A stretch of DNA of 58,344 bases from an uncultured Candidatus Saccharibacteria bacterium (lineage in GTDB: Bacteria; Patescibacteriota; Saccharimonadia; Saccharimonadales; CAZVRA01), in the NCBI GenBank assembly GCA_964630055.1, contig CAZVRA010000004.1, positions 1-58,344 on the forward strand. Reading direction: 5' to 3'. Below, piece after piece: positions 9,217 to 17,980 of this stretch. Both the position numbers and the translations under genes were made by a program. The notes under the pieces were generated by a model. The model was not told the origin of the DNA, did not search any database, and saw only the letters and a list, made by a program, of their open reading frames with translations. Position 1 is the stretch's first letter. Every line of letters begins with the position of its first letter.

Positions 9217-9270
9217 ATTTCTCCAGAATATCAATTGTTGATAAAACAGACGGCAGCCGACTGCTTGATC

Positions 9271-9358
9271 TGGTGCGCGAGAGAGGATTTGAACCTCCAC
9301 GGCCTTAACGGCCACTACCACCTCAAGGTAGCGTGTATACCAATTTCACCACTCGCGC
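9271..9358 (-). tRNA. tRNA-Leu(GAG)
   Basis: Reverse complement gcgcgagtggtgaaattggtatacacgctacc-ttGAGgt-ggtag plus long variable arm tggccgttaaggccg. T-arm ggagg-ttcaaat-cctct, encoded CCA. Confidence 0.9.
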
Positions 9359-9420
9359 TTAGTGCATTAGGACGATAAAACAAAATGTGCGGCCCAGCCA
9401 GCCCAAAGAACCCCTATATT

Positions 9421-9951
9421 TTAGCTGTTTTTGGGAGCTTTGGCAATTTGATGCGCGGTCTGTGTGGCCTGCGCGGGATGCTTGATCCGGCCGCTCGACT
9501 CCCTATTGCTACTGGCGTGCTCGCCGTCGCGAGCTCGGCGTTTGCGGTGATAGTCGCGCACCAGCGCGATAACGCTAATTGTGCTGGTGCAACATAGGTA
9601 GCCAAAAAATAACACCCAGGTTGTGACTGGTACGCCGTCGCCCTTGATATAAACATAAACGTCGGGTGCAAAAAAGGTGATCATGGTAAACAACGAAAAA
9701 ACAAAAACATCTTTGACCTTATGCTCCAAAAAGGCCAGAATAAGATGAAACGAGGCTTTGGCAAACAGCACCGAAAATAGCATCTCGTAAGCAAAATAAT
9801 GCCAGCCGTTAACACCGTGTTTGCCAAAAAAATGGCTTACAACAATGGCCCGGGCGATGTCGTAAATAATGCAGGCCACAAGCCAGAGTTTTTCGGTTCG
9901 GCTGCGCTGGGCAGGCTTAAACCATTCGCGAACGCGGCTAGGTAAAATCAT
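9421..9951 (-). CDS. Membrane protein, unknown function
   Basis: 176-aa ORF with about 4 hydrophobic helices and a basic C-terminal tail. No motif recognised. Confidence 0.5.
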   Translation of the reverse strand: MILPSRVREWFKPAQRSRTEKLWLVACIIYDIARAIVVSHFFGKHGVNGWHYFAYEMLFSVLFAKASFHLILAFLEHKVKDVFVFSLFTMITFFAPDVYVYIKGDGVPVTTWVLFFGYLCCTSTISVIALVRDYHRKRRARDGEHASSNRESSGRIKHPAQATQTAHQIAKAPKNS

Positions 9952-10007
9952 ACTTACTAGTATAGCCTAGTAAGCCACTAGTCAGAAATGATATAATAGC
10001 CATAAGT

Positions 10008-10778
10008 ATGTCCGAAATGTTAGAAAATAAATCTGTTCCTAGCCCGCACGTAAGCTATAGCCCGCCGCGGGGTCATGTGCCGCAAAGAATGATCGCTTGG
10101 GCGGTGCATCTTTTTACAACCACAGGTGTTATTTGGGCGCTTCTGGCGACTGTTAGCATTGCTAAGCACCGAGCTGGTTTGGCGCTTTTTTGGCTTTTAA
10201 TTGCTCAGGTAGTAGACGGTCTAGATGGGCCACTGGCTCGCAAGTTTAATGTCCGACGCTTTGCGCCAGTTATCGACGGCAATGTGCTCGATTTGGTCAT
10301 AGACTACCTAACTTGCGTGGTGGTGCCAATGGTTTTTGCGCTACGGTTTGGCATGTACCCGGCTGGCTTGCGAATGTGGATGATTGCTGCCGTACTTTAT
10401 GTCTCGGCTTTGTGGTTTGCTCGGCGCGACATCGAAACCAAAGATATTTGGTTTCGGGGGTTTCCGGCTGCCTGGAACCTGGTAATAACATTTTTCTGGA
10501 TTTTGGACACCCACCCCACGGCCAACGTATTTATTAGCCTTATTTTAATTGTCTTAACCCTAACGCCACAGGTAAAATTCTTCCATGCCATGTCTTCCAA
10601 GCAGTTCCGCCGTATTAGCCTGCCGTTTACCATATTGATGATGCTAATGGCTGCTTGGATGGTGCGATTTCATGATCGTTACAATAGCTTTGGTCATTTT
10701 GTAGTTATCGCTTGGGTTTTGTACACCATTGTGCTTAGTATTTGGCGCAGCACTTTGCCGGACGAATTGGGCGAGTAA
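10008..10778 (+). CDS. CDP-alcohol phosphatidyltransferase, phosphatidylcholine-synthase-like
   Basis: 256 aa, multi-TM. Motif DGLDGPLARKFNVRRFAPVIDGNVLDLVIDY matches DG(x2)AR(x8)G(x3)D(x3)D. N-terminal AWAVHLFTTTGV resembles bacterial Pcs. Confidence 0.6.
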   Translation: MSEMLENKSVPSPHVSYSPPRGHVPQRMIAWAVHLFTTTGVIWALLATVSIAKHRAGLALFWLLIAQVVDGLDGPLARKFNVRRFAPVIDGNVLDLVIDYLTCVVVPMVFALRFGMYPAGLRMWMIAAVLYVSALWFARRDIETKDIWFRGFPAAWNLVITFFWILDTHPTANVFISLILIVLTLTPQVKFFHAMSSKQFRRISLPFTILMMLMAAWMVRFHDRYNSFGHFVVIAWVLYTIVLSIWRSTLPDELGE

Positions 10779-10794
10779 CAGCAACCCAAAGGGT

Positions 10795-12432
10795 TTAGGT
10801 GGTTGGCATGTGACCGTGCAAATGCTGTAGCGAAAAATCGTTGCGCAGCAAATGCTTAGTGGTCTCTAAGCTGACATTGATTTTAACACCAGGGTTTAGT
10901 GTGCCGTATGGATCAAAGATAGTCTTCATTTTTTGCAAAACAGCATAACCATCTTTGCCGACCAGCTGCGGCAAGTAGGGGCCCCGCAAGCGACCGTCAC
11001 CATATTGCCCGGTAGTAGTGCCACCTAGGCTCAAGACTAGCTCGTAGTATTCGTCCATTAGTCGAAAAGCTTTTTGGCGGTCACCAACTTGAGACAAATC
11101 TAATATTGGCATGGCGTGCAGGTTGGCGTTGCCAGCATGGCCCCAAATAGCAGCCGGCATGTTATAGCGTTCAAGTATTTCTTGTAATCCTTGTATAAAA
11201 TTATTGAGTTTTTCGGGGGGCACAACGCCGTCGTCGATGAGTGGTAGGGCTCGGGCCTGGCCGTTTACGTGGGCCATCAAGGACCCAGCCGCCTGGCGTA
11301 TTTTCCACAATTCTTCCTTGCCGTTTTCGTCATTTTCTACTCGATATTGAAGCTGGTATTTGCTAAGAATTTTGGACATTTTTTTGACCAATTTTTTTTG
11401 AACTCTAGAATTGTTGTTGTCAAACTCAATTAGCAAGACCATTTTAGGGTAAGGCTTATCGACGATGCCTTTTAATAAGTTGGGGTTTGTTTTGTCCAAA
11501 AACTCCAGCAATGTCCCGTTGACCATTTCGATAGCGCTTGGCGAGTCCGATAACTTTAGGGCCTCGCCTATTACCTGTTCGGCAACTGTATTATCGTCGC
11601 AGAAAGCAGCAATCAGTGTTGCATCTGGTGTGAATGGCTCTGTGGCCATAACTACTTCCGTGACTATTCCCAGAGTTCCCTGGGAACCAACCATTATTGG
11701 CGTTAGGTCAAACGAGCCGTCCTTGCGTTTGACCTGGGACAAGGCATAACCAGCGGCATCTTTTTTGAGACCTCTATCCATAGCATCTATAGTGGCTTTA
11801 TTTTCTTCTATTAGGGCATCGAGCGAGCGGTAAATTTCGCCTTCAAAGCTTGTTAAGCCCATTTTTTTGCCTAGTTCGCGCTTACTTAAGCGTCGAGTCT
11901 GAATAAGTTCGCCGTTGGCCAGGACTACGCTCAAGCCCTGAACGTAATCTCGCATAGTGCCGTATTTAAGCGATTTGTAGCTGGCAGCATTGTTAGCCAC
12001 AGCTCCACCCAGGGTGCTATATTCGCCAGAAGTTGGGCAAGGAGGCACAAAACGGCCGTGAGTTTTTAGGGTCTGTTGTAGTTTGCCAAAAGTGACACCT
12101 GGCTCCACGGCAACGTCGCCGGATTTGCCGTCGATTTCTAAAATGCGATCCATGTGGGCCGGAAAAGCAATAATTATGCCTTCGCCAAGTGCTGCGCCGC
12201 TCTGGTCTGTGCCCAAGCCACGAGCTGTGATTGGTATAACTCGGCCGCGCTTGGCTAGCTGCCATGTAAAACGCGCGGTCTTCCTGACATCATTTTCGCC
12301 CCTTGGATAGACTACTAGAGCAGGTGTGATGTCAAAAATACTGGCATCGGTAGCAAAAAACCGTCTTACATCGGGTGCAGTGGACACCTCTCCACTTAGA
12401 TGTTCTTGCAAGTAGTGCGCCACCTTACTCAT
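10795..12432 (-). CDS. FAD-linked oxidase (GlcD / D-lactate dehydrogenase family)
   Basis: 545 aa. FAD_binding_4-like N-terminal half (VVYPRGENDV...ITARGLGTDQSGAA...) and a C-terminal FAD-oxidase domain ending ...KTIFDPYGTLNPGV. Confidence 0.85.
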   Translation of the reverse strand: MSKVAHYLQEHLSGEVSTAPDVRRFFATDASIFDITPALVVYPRGENDVRKTARFTWQLAKRGRVIPITARGLGTDQSGAALGEGIIIAFPAHMDRILEIDGKSGDVAVEPGVTFGKLQQTLKTHGRFVPPCPTSGEYSTLGGAVANNAASYKSLKYGTMRDYVQGLSVVLANGELIQTRRLSKRELGKKMGLTSFEGEIYRSLDALIEENKATIDAMDRGLKKDAAGYALSQVKRKDGSFDLTPIMVGSQGTLGIVTEVVMATEPFTPDATLIAAFCDDNTVAEQVIGEALKLSDSPSAIEMVNGTLLEFLDKTNPNLLKGIVDKPYPKMVLLIEFDNNNSRVQKKLVKKMSKILSKYQLQYRVENDENGKEELWKIRQAAGSLMAHVNGQARALPLIDDGVVPPEKLNNFIQGLQEILERYNMPAAIWGHAGNANLHAMPILDLSQVGDRQKAFRLMDEYYELVLSLGGTTTGQYGDGRLRGPYLPQLVGKDGYAVLQKMKTIFDPYGTLNPGVKINVSLETTKHLLRNDFSLQHLHGHMPTT

Positions 12433-12566
12433 GCCTAAATTTCTTGCCTCCCTATCTGCTGTTAGCGATTTTTCGCTCGTTAGTGATTATGCTATGTATG
12501 ATAACACATAGAAGGACGGCTAAAAAGCAGTTTTGGTATTGGAACAAAAATAGTGACAATACGAAA

Positions 12567-12575
12567 TGTTACAAT
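12567..12575 (+). promoter_or_regulatory. Extended -10 promoter (TGtTACAAT) placed 6 nt before the ATG; leaderless start
   Basis: tgttacaat-atataa-ATG(12582). No Shine-Dalgarno sequence. Confidence 0.4.
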
Positions 12576-12581
12576 ATATAA

Positions 12582-13298
12582 ATGTCGCGGAAGTTGTTAT
12601 TTGGCGTTTTTGCACACCCCGATGACGAGGCATTTGGCCCATCGGCTTACTTATACCGACAAGCCCAACAGGGGGCCGATGTGCATTTGGTGCTGGTTAC
12701 CGACGGTAGCGGCGGGCACAATAATGGCTTTAGTGATTTGGCAAAAATTAGGCATCAGGAATGGCTCGAGAGTGGCCGCAGAATAGGTGCCAAATCATCC
12801 TTGGCTCTTGGCTACAAAGATGGCTGTCTATGCAATAATCTTTATCACGAAATCGCCGACAAAATTATCGATTATGCCAGGGAAATAATTAATGATCATC
12901 AGGCATCGAGCATTCAATTTGTGACTATGGAGCCTAGGGGAGTGACCGGGCACCTAGATCATATATCGGTCAGCTATATTACCACTTATGTTTACGAAGC
13001 ACTAAAGCAGCGACGGCAAAAAATGCCGGGTGCTGAATTCGAGAAGTTACTTTATTTTTGCCTTAACGACAAAATACAACAAAGCGAAAACATTGATTGG
13101 CTTTATATGCCACCCGGTATTAAAAACGATCAAGTACATTTTACTCACGATTTTAGCGATATAGTCGATCAAAAAATGCATATTATGCGGGCCCACCAAT
13201 CTCAGAGGAAAGATCTAGAAGCAGTAATACTGGCTCGAAGTCGCAACAAAAAACAAGGCCAGCTTTTGAATGAGGAGCATTTTATAATCAAGCACTAA
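12582..13298 (+). CDS. PIG-L/LmbE family N-acetylglucosaminyl deacetylase
   Basis: 238 aa. N-terminal FAHPDDEAFG motif (AHPDDE) and a downstream HLDH metal-ligand region. Confidence 0.85.
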   Translation: MSRKLLFGVFAHPDDEAFGPSAYLYRQAQQGADVHLVLVTDGSGGHNNGFSDLAKIRHQEWLESGRRIGAKSSLALGYKDGCLCNNLYHEIADKIIDYAREIINDHQASSIQFVTMEPRGVTGHLDHISVSYITTYVYEALKQRRQKMPGAEFEKLLYFCLNDKIQQSENIDWLYMPPGIKNDQVHFTHDFSDIVDQKMHIMRAHQSQRKDLEAVILARSRNKKQGQLLNEEHFIIKH

Positions 13299-13440
13299 AC
13301 AAGTTAGCATTGGTGCATTGCTAATATCTTGATTACCAGATGTCGATGCGTTAAAATGTAATGGTCGCTAAGTGTTTTGCTAAGTGCCAAGGGCGTCAAA
13401 GGTCTTGAAGAGGCGCCAAGGCATAGCCACATTGCAGCGT

Positions 13441-13527
13441 GCCGCAGTGGTGAAATTGGTATACACGCTACGTTCAGGACGTAGTGGGGGCAACCCCGTG
13501 GAGGTTCAAGTCCTCTCTGCGGCACCA
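13441..13527 (+). tRNA. tRNA-Leu(CAG)
   Basis: gccgcagtggtgaaattggtatacacgctacg-ttCAGga-cgtag plus long variable arm. T-arm ggagg-ttcaagt-cctct, encoded CCA. Confidence 0.9.
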
Positions 13528-13585
13528 GATGTTGGTCGCAAGTGATGCTTAAAAATTTGTTGCGAAAGAAGAACGAAATTTGCGT

Positions 13586-13661
13586 GGCTCTTTAGCTCAG
13601 TTGGTAGAGCAGAGGCCTGAAGAGCCTTGTGTCCCCAGTTCGAGTCTGGGAGGAGCCACCA
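13586..13661 (+). tRNA. tRNA-Phe(GAA)
   Basis: ggctctt-ta-gctc-agttggta-gagc-a-gaggc-ctGAAga-gcctt-gtgtc-cccag-ttcgagt-ctggg-aggagcc-acca. 76 nt, canonical. Confidence 0.92.
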
Positions 13662-15330
13662 AACCAAGTGATTGCGGGTCAGCAAGTTCAAACAACTTAC
13701 TGACCCCTGTAATTTTAACTGCATCTTCAGTTCCAGTTTTTAATTCAGCGTAGGTCGGGATTTTGTCAAAAAAGACTCCGAAGAACTGCGCTTTTTTAAT
13801 AGGATCGATCTGTTTGAGCAGGAGTTCGTCCAAGTGTTCCAGAAAATACTTAACCCTCCGTACGATCTTATCCATCTGAACTGGTTCTTCGTTGGTTTTC
13901 TTATCTTTTTCTGTGCGTAGCTCCCGTATCTTTTGCTCTATGTTCACAAGATCTGCCTCCATATATTTAATTGCTGTTTCAGATTCGACCACCTTGAGCT
14001 TTCTGACAGCCATATCTGCCTCAAGCTCTAGTTCTTTAATCCGGGCATCATAACGCGCCAAATCGGCTGCTTGGTGCTCCTGTCGCTTATCCCACTCGGC
14101 CATAACCGTAGCGGCTATCAGGTCTATGTGTTCCTGTGGCAACGTGATATTCTTTACGAACTCTACAACCGTTGCCTCTAACTCAGCTTTTGGTATACGA
14201 AAATAGTGGCCTTTGTCGCAGTGGTAAGCCGGATATAGTTTGCCGCTCTGGCCACGATTAGAACTACCGTACATTGGCCGCCCACACTTTGAACAACCTA
14301 CAAAACGCCTATATGGAAACTCTGGGCTTTTAATCCCCTTGTTGAGTTGGTGCTCCGGCGCTACTTCTTTCTTGATCTCTATATCGTTGCTATCTTCGAT
14401 AATCATAACTTTGCCGCGGTTGGCAGCATTAAATGTATCTATGCTCACTAGGCCGTCAAACACCGTACGTACTGGCTTGCCCTGCGTCCACTTCTCGTTG
14501 TTAACGCCAGCATATATAGGGTTGCGCAGGAGTAAATCCATAGCGTCCTTATCGAGTGGGTTACCACCGCGCCTGCCGACTATTTTCGTTCTGTCTTGTT
14601 TGTCGCGTATGTTGTGTACTCTGGTTTGAAAGCCCATGCGGTTCAGCTCAGCGATGATGTCTTTATCGTGCATTGTACCTGCTGCTCGCATTTCAAACAT
14701 TCGTATGAGCAAAGGCGCTTCTTTGGGATGCGGTTTTAAGATAGCTCGCTTACCATTACGTGTTTCTGACTTTTCGCTCACAAAGCCGTATGGTGCCTGT
14801 CGCATCCAGTAGCCGAGCCTGGTATAGCGTACTGCTGCACCAACAGTGCGAGTTAGTATGTCACGTAGCTCATCTTTGGCTCGCTCAGCTTCCAGGTATT
14901 CAATCTTCTCACTTGGTGAATATTTGCTCCATGTGTACTCCACACCCAGATGCTCAAGTGTATTAACCCTACTTTGGCTAATAACACCGTATTTATCAAT
15001 AAGCTGTACATCGATAGCATCAAGCTGTCGTTTGAGTGGCGCATAGAAATCAGCGCCACCACGCGTAAACCGGTCAATCGACTTAATCAGGAACAGCTGA
15101 ATGTTGTTGCGTCTGTCGGCGCAGTAATCAATAGCCTCCTGCATGGGCTGGTGTAACTTAGCTCCAGACTCGGCAAATATAAAGACCTTCTTTACTCGAG
15201 CATCCAGGCTGTCGGCTAGCTGCTGAAGCTGCTCGCGTTGCGCTTCTGGCGAGTCGCCCTCTTGGAACTGCTTGTCGGACGACACGCGTATAGCAATAAC
15301 TGCATTGCGCTGTGCTACTCCTGGCTGCAT
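13597..15330 (-). CDS. Large serine recombinase (integrase)
   Basis: N-terminal resolvase domain AVIAIRVSSDKQ (catalytic Ser). Recombinase domain, zinc ribbon CSKCGRPMYGSS...YHCDKGH and a long coiled-coil. ATG 15330 is preferred because of the GAGGAAGAG RBS; an alternative ATG is at 15345. The last 21 or so codons are antisense to tRNA-Phe. Confidence 0.9.
   Translation of the reverse strand: MQPGVAQRNAVIAIRVSSDKQFQEGDSPEAQREQLQQLADSLDARVKKVFIFAESGAKLHQPMQEAIDYCADRRNNIQLFLIKSIDRFTRGGADFYAPLKRQLDAIDVQLIDKYGVISQSRVNTLEHLGVEYTWSKYSPSEKIEYLEAERAKDELRDILTRTVGAAVRYTRLGYWMRQAPYGFVSEKSETRNGKRAILKPHPKEAPLLIRMFEMRAAGTMHDKDIIAELNRMGFQTRVHNIRDKQDRTKIVGRRGGNPLDKDAMDLLLRNPIYAGVNNEKWTQGKPVRTVFDGLVSIDTFNAANRGKVMIIEDSNDIEIKKEVAPEHQLNKGIKSPEFPYRRFVGCSKCGRPMYGSSNRGQSGKLYPAYHCDKGHYFRIPKAELEATVVEFVKNITLPQEHIDLIAATVMAEWDKRQEHQAADLARYDARIKELELEADMAVRKLKVVESETAIKYMEADLVNIEQKIRELRTEKDKKTNEEPVQMDKIVRRVKYFLEHLDELLLKQIDPIKKAQFFGVFFDKIPTYAELKTGTEDAVKITGVSKLFELADPQSLGLVAPPRLELGTQGSSGLCSTN
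13676..13706 (+). terminator. 13-bp-stem hairpin immediately 3' of tRNA-Phe (tRNA terminator and/or recombination-site dyad)
   Basis: gggtcagcaagtt-caaac-aacttactgaccc with one mismatch, followed by ctgtaatttta. Lies inside the 3' end of the recombinase ORF on the opposite strand. Confidence 0.4.
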
Positions 15331-15455
15331 GACTCTTCCTCGCATATAAGTTCGATGAGCAGGTCGGCTATAACTTGCAAGCGTTGTTCGGGCGTTAAAG
15401 TGTAAGCTTCTGGGAGCCGTATTTCTTTATTAGTTGTACCCTTATTTCTAGCCAT
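15315..15455 (-). CDS. Small ORF (46 aa) overlapping the recombinase start; candidate directionality/accessory factor
   Basis: MARNKGTTNKEIRLPEAYTLTPEQRLQVIADLLIELICEEESCSQE. Its stop overlaps the recombinase ATG. Below the ORF-track cutoff and with no homology evidence. Confidence 0.3.
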   Translation of the reverse strand: MARNKGTTNKEIRLPEAYTLTPEQRLQVIADLLIELICEEESCSQE

Positions 15456-15647
15456 TTTTGCCCTCGATAGCTATGCTTTACATGAATAGTATAGCACCCA
15501 AATATGAATAGTTGCAATACCTTTTATGTATAAAATTGCACTTTTAAATCCCCACTAAGCATATAGCGCTTTCTTGATTGTACTACCTCTGTTCTCGCTT
15601 TACTTTTTCTTTCTCCTCTTTTATATATACATATAGGAGAAAAAACT

Positions 15648-16436
15648 ATGCGACGGACGGAGACAAAAACAAGATATACCATTAGTCGTTCACAAACTGC
15701 AATACTCCATGCCTTACTAAAATACCGCTTCCTAACAACTGACCTACTTGCAGACCTACTTAAGAAAGATCGCTCAACAATATACGAAAGATTAGCAGTA
15801 CTAGTAGATCAAGGATACATAGCACAGAAATATACCAGTACGTACCGCATAGACAGACGACCAGCTACCTACTATCTTGCACCGGCTGGAATACGGCACC
15901 TAAAGAAACAAGGCGTAGAACGCACTCAACTACACTACAAGAACAAAGACTTCACAGAAGCTCAAATAGATGAGTACTACCGTTATCCCAAGTTCAGTCG
16001 AGTAATTCACCGTAACTATCCTGAAACGTTCCGTACCTACACCAAGTACCAACTTGACCCCGAAAACTACCTCAACCCCATGCCCTGGCTGCTGTTCGTC
16101 CCAGACGACAAAGATGCCCCTGAACTCTTCATGGAATACATCTCAGCTGGTGAACAAAGCTGGATTATCCGTAAACGTATTAACCAACATATTGAGTATG
16201 CCGAGGAAGAGGCTGAATACCGCTACCCGTACTTATTACTGGTTGCGGGCAACGACAACACTGAAAAACGCATCGTGAAGATGTCGACTGACCTACTCTG
16301 GGACTCTGAGCTCTTTACCACCACCGAAGAACGGCTACTGAGTGACAACAAGAACATCTGGCTGCGCCCCATGGAAGTGGATTGGGATGAGGAGCTGATC
16401 TACCACGGGTTGCCGGTGGAGCTTGTTGAGGAGTAG
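15648..16436 (+). CDS. Winged-helix protein, replication-relaxation (Replic_Relax)-like
   Basis: 262 aa. N-terminal pattern ILHALLKYRFLTTDLLADLL...STIYERLAVLVDQGYI...YYLAPAGIRHL resembles plasmid replication-relaxation wHTH proteins. AGGAG RBS. Confidence 0.45.
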   Translation: MRRTETKTRYTISRSQTAILHALLKYRFLTTDLLADLLKKDRSTIYERLAVLVDQGYIAQKYTSTYRIDRRPATYYLAPAGIRHLKKQGVERTQLHYKNKDFTEAQIDEYYRYPKFSRVIHRNYPETFRTYTKYQLDPENYLNPMPWLLFVPDDKDAPELFMEYISAGEQSWIIRKRINQHIEYAEEEAEYRYPYLLLVAGNDNTEKRIVKMSTDLLWDSELFTTTEERLLSDNKNIWLRPMEVDWDEELIYHGLPVELVEE

Positions 16437-16470
16437 CTTTTCTCTCTAGAGGTACGGTATACTTGGGGCT

Positions 16471-16962
16471 ATGGATCTCTCGGGATTAATAAAGAAACTG
16501 GATTTCCAAGCTCAGGAAGAGCTTGAGTATGAAGATCTTCGAGCAAAGACACTCACGCGATCTGACGTGAAAGCGGACATGGAAGCCGTAAATTCTAGCC
16601 TAGAGATTATACGTAAAACTCGTGGTGGTTCGTGGCCATCTGAGCCCGTGACAGAAGAGTTTAACTTCCTCGATATGGCCTGGCATGAACGAGAGTTTCG
16701 AGACGGTGATTCATTCACATATGCAGTCTACGGTACCTCTGGCACATATATTGGTTGCTTCTACCTGTACCCTATGGGCTTGCGAACTCCACTAACAGAA
16801 GAGCTGTTGAGCTACGATGTTGATGCTAGCTGGTGGGTTACCACAGATGCATACAAGCAGGGTTACTATCAAAAACTGTACAAAGCTTTACAGCAATGGC
16901 TCAGTGAGCTTTCGCTCGAGAATGTTTATTATTCAAACAAGGAGATACCGAATGAAGATTAG
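16471..16962 (+). CDS. GNAT-family acetyltransferase-like protein
   Basis: 163 aa. Pattern WPSEP.T.E.N..DM.WHEREF.....FTYAV......YIGCFYLYP resembles a known GNAT (Acetyltransf_3-like) subfamily. Confidence 0.5.
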   Translation: MDLSGLIKKLDFQAQEELEYEDLRAKTLTRSDVKADMEAVNSSLEIIRKTRGGSWPSEPVTEEFNFLDMAWHEREFRDGDSFTYAVYGTSGTYIGCFYLYPMGLRTPLTEELLSYDVDASWWVTTDAYKQGYYQKLYKALQQWLSELSLENVYYSNKEIPNED

Positions 16963-17980
16963 TATAGAAGACTTAAGAAAAAAACTTGTTACTGCCGCAT
17001 CACAGGTAGTTTCGACAGAAGAAGCTGAATATTTCGCTGACGAGTCTATTGAAACGCATATTCGCAAGTCGCCGCGCTCCACTCCACTAAAGTCTGCAGT
17101 TGGTGACCTGAAGGCTAGTATTGAAAACAAAGACCATGCCATTACGTATAAGGTCGACCTACCATCGTACCTGTCTATAGACTTTCAGAGTCAAGGCCCA
17201 CTCGTATATATCAAAAGGATTCACGATGAGCTTGAAGAACGCTCCGCGAAGAATGGTATTGCTATGGGTTCGTTTGTTAACTCGCAGAGCATGCACACAC
17301 TTCATGCGTGGGTGCAGGGCCTTGCGAAACGTGGCCTTGTCGCGATTGCTGTATGCAATGGTGGCCCGAGCGCAGTCGTGCCGCATAACGGCACACGTGG
17401 CGTGTTTGGAACAAACCCTATGGCCTACGGCATTCCAGGAAAAGATGGAGAAATTCATTGTGTCGATATGGCAACCTCACAAATTCCATTCTTTGAGTTC
17501 ATGGATAGCCTGAAGAACGATACACCCTTGCAAGCAAACGCCGCAGTCGATCAAAATGGTGAGTTTACGACAGTAGCCAAAGAAGCAGTTGACCCTGATA
17601 GTGATCCGAAAGACCCGGTCAGTAACATAGTACCTATGGGCGGTAGTTACAAAGGATATTATCTTGTGTACTTGTTTGAACTGCTAACCAGTGGCTTAAT
17701 CGGTCAGCCCTCCAGCCCAGAAATGAGCGATAGCTTTGTTCCGGAAGAACATGGAGCAACTCTGATTGTATTCAACCCTAAAGCGATGGTCACAGCCGAT
17801 AATCTTGCAAAGTCTGTAAACTCACTCAACTCTACGCTGAAATCACAGAAGCCTAAGAAAGATACTGAAATACGGCTTCCTGGTGAAGAAAACAATAAAC
17901 GGTTTGCAGAAAATGTTCAAGAAATCGAACTTGACGATACTACTCTTGATACGCTCAACAAATTGCTGGACGAATCATGA
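16952..17980 (+). CDS. Ldh_2 family (malate/L-lactate/sulfolactate dehydrogenase type 2) oxidoreductase
   Basis: The ORF track starts at 16817, inside the upstream gene. Trimmed to ATG 16952, preceded by AAGGAG. Motif HNGTRGVFGTNPMAYGIP is typical of Ldh_2. Confidence 0.75.
   Translation: MKISIEDLRKKLVTAASQVVSTEEAEYFADESIETHIRKSPRSTPLKSAVGDLKASIENKDHAITYKVDLPSYLSIDFQSQGPLVYIKRIHDELEERSAKNGIAMGSFVNSQSMHTLHAWVQGLAKRGLVAIAVCNGGPSAVVPHNGTRGVFGTNPMAYGIPGKDGEIHCVDMATSQIPFFEFMDSLKNDTPLQANAAVDQNGEFTTVAKEAVDPDSDPKDPVSNIVPMGGSYKGYYLVYLFELLTSGLIGQPSSPEMSDSFVPEEHGATLIVFNPKAMVTADNLAKSVNSLNSTLKSQKPKKDTEIRLPGEENNKRFAENVQEIELDDTTLDTLNKLLDES

Noticed and set aside
9217-9321. N-terminal 35 codons of ORF 8818-9321
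   Set aside because: The extension reads through tRNA-Leu(GAG) (…VEVQILSRAPDQ…). The ORF was trimmed to the internal ATG at 9216.
13304-13724. Minus-strand ORFs of 73 aa (13304-13525) and 72 aa (13506-13724)
   Set aside because: They run straight through tRNA-Leu(CAG) and tRNA-Phe. The peptides (…GLEPPRGCP…, …LPDSNWGHKALQ…) are typical translations of tRNA sequence.
16817-16951. Upstream extension of the Ldh_2 gene in the ORF track
   Set aside because: It lies entirely within the preceding GNAT gene in another frame. ATG 16952 has an AAGGAG RBS and gives a typical Ldh_2 N-terminus.
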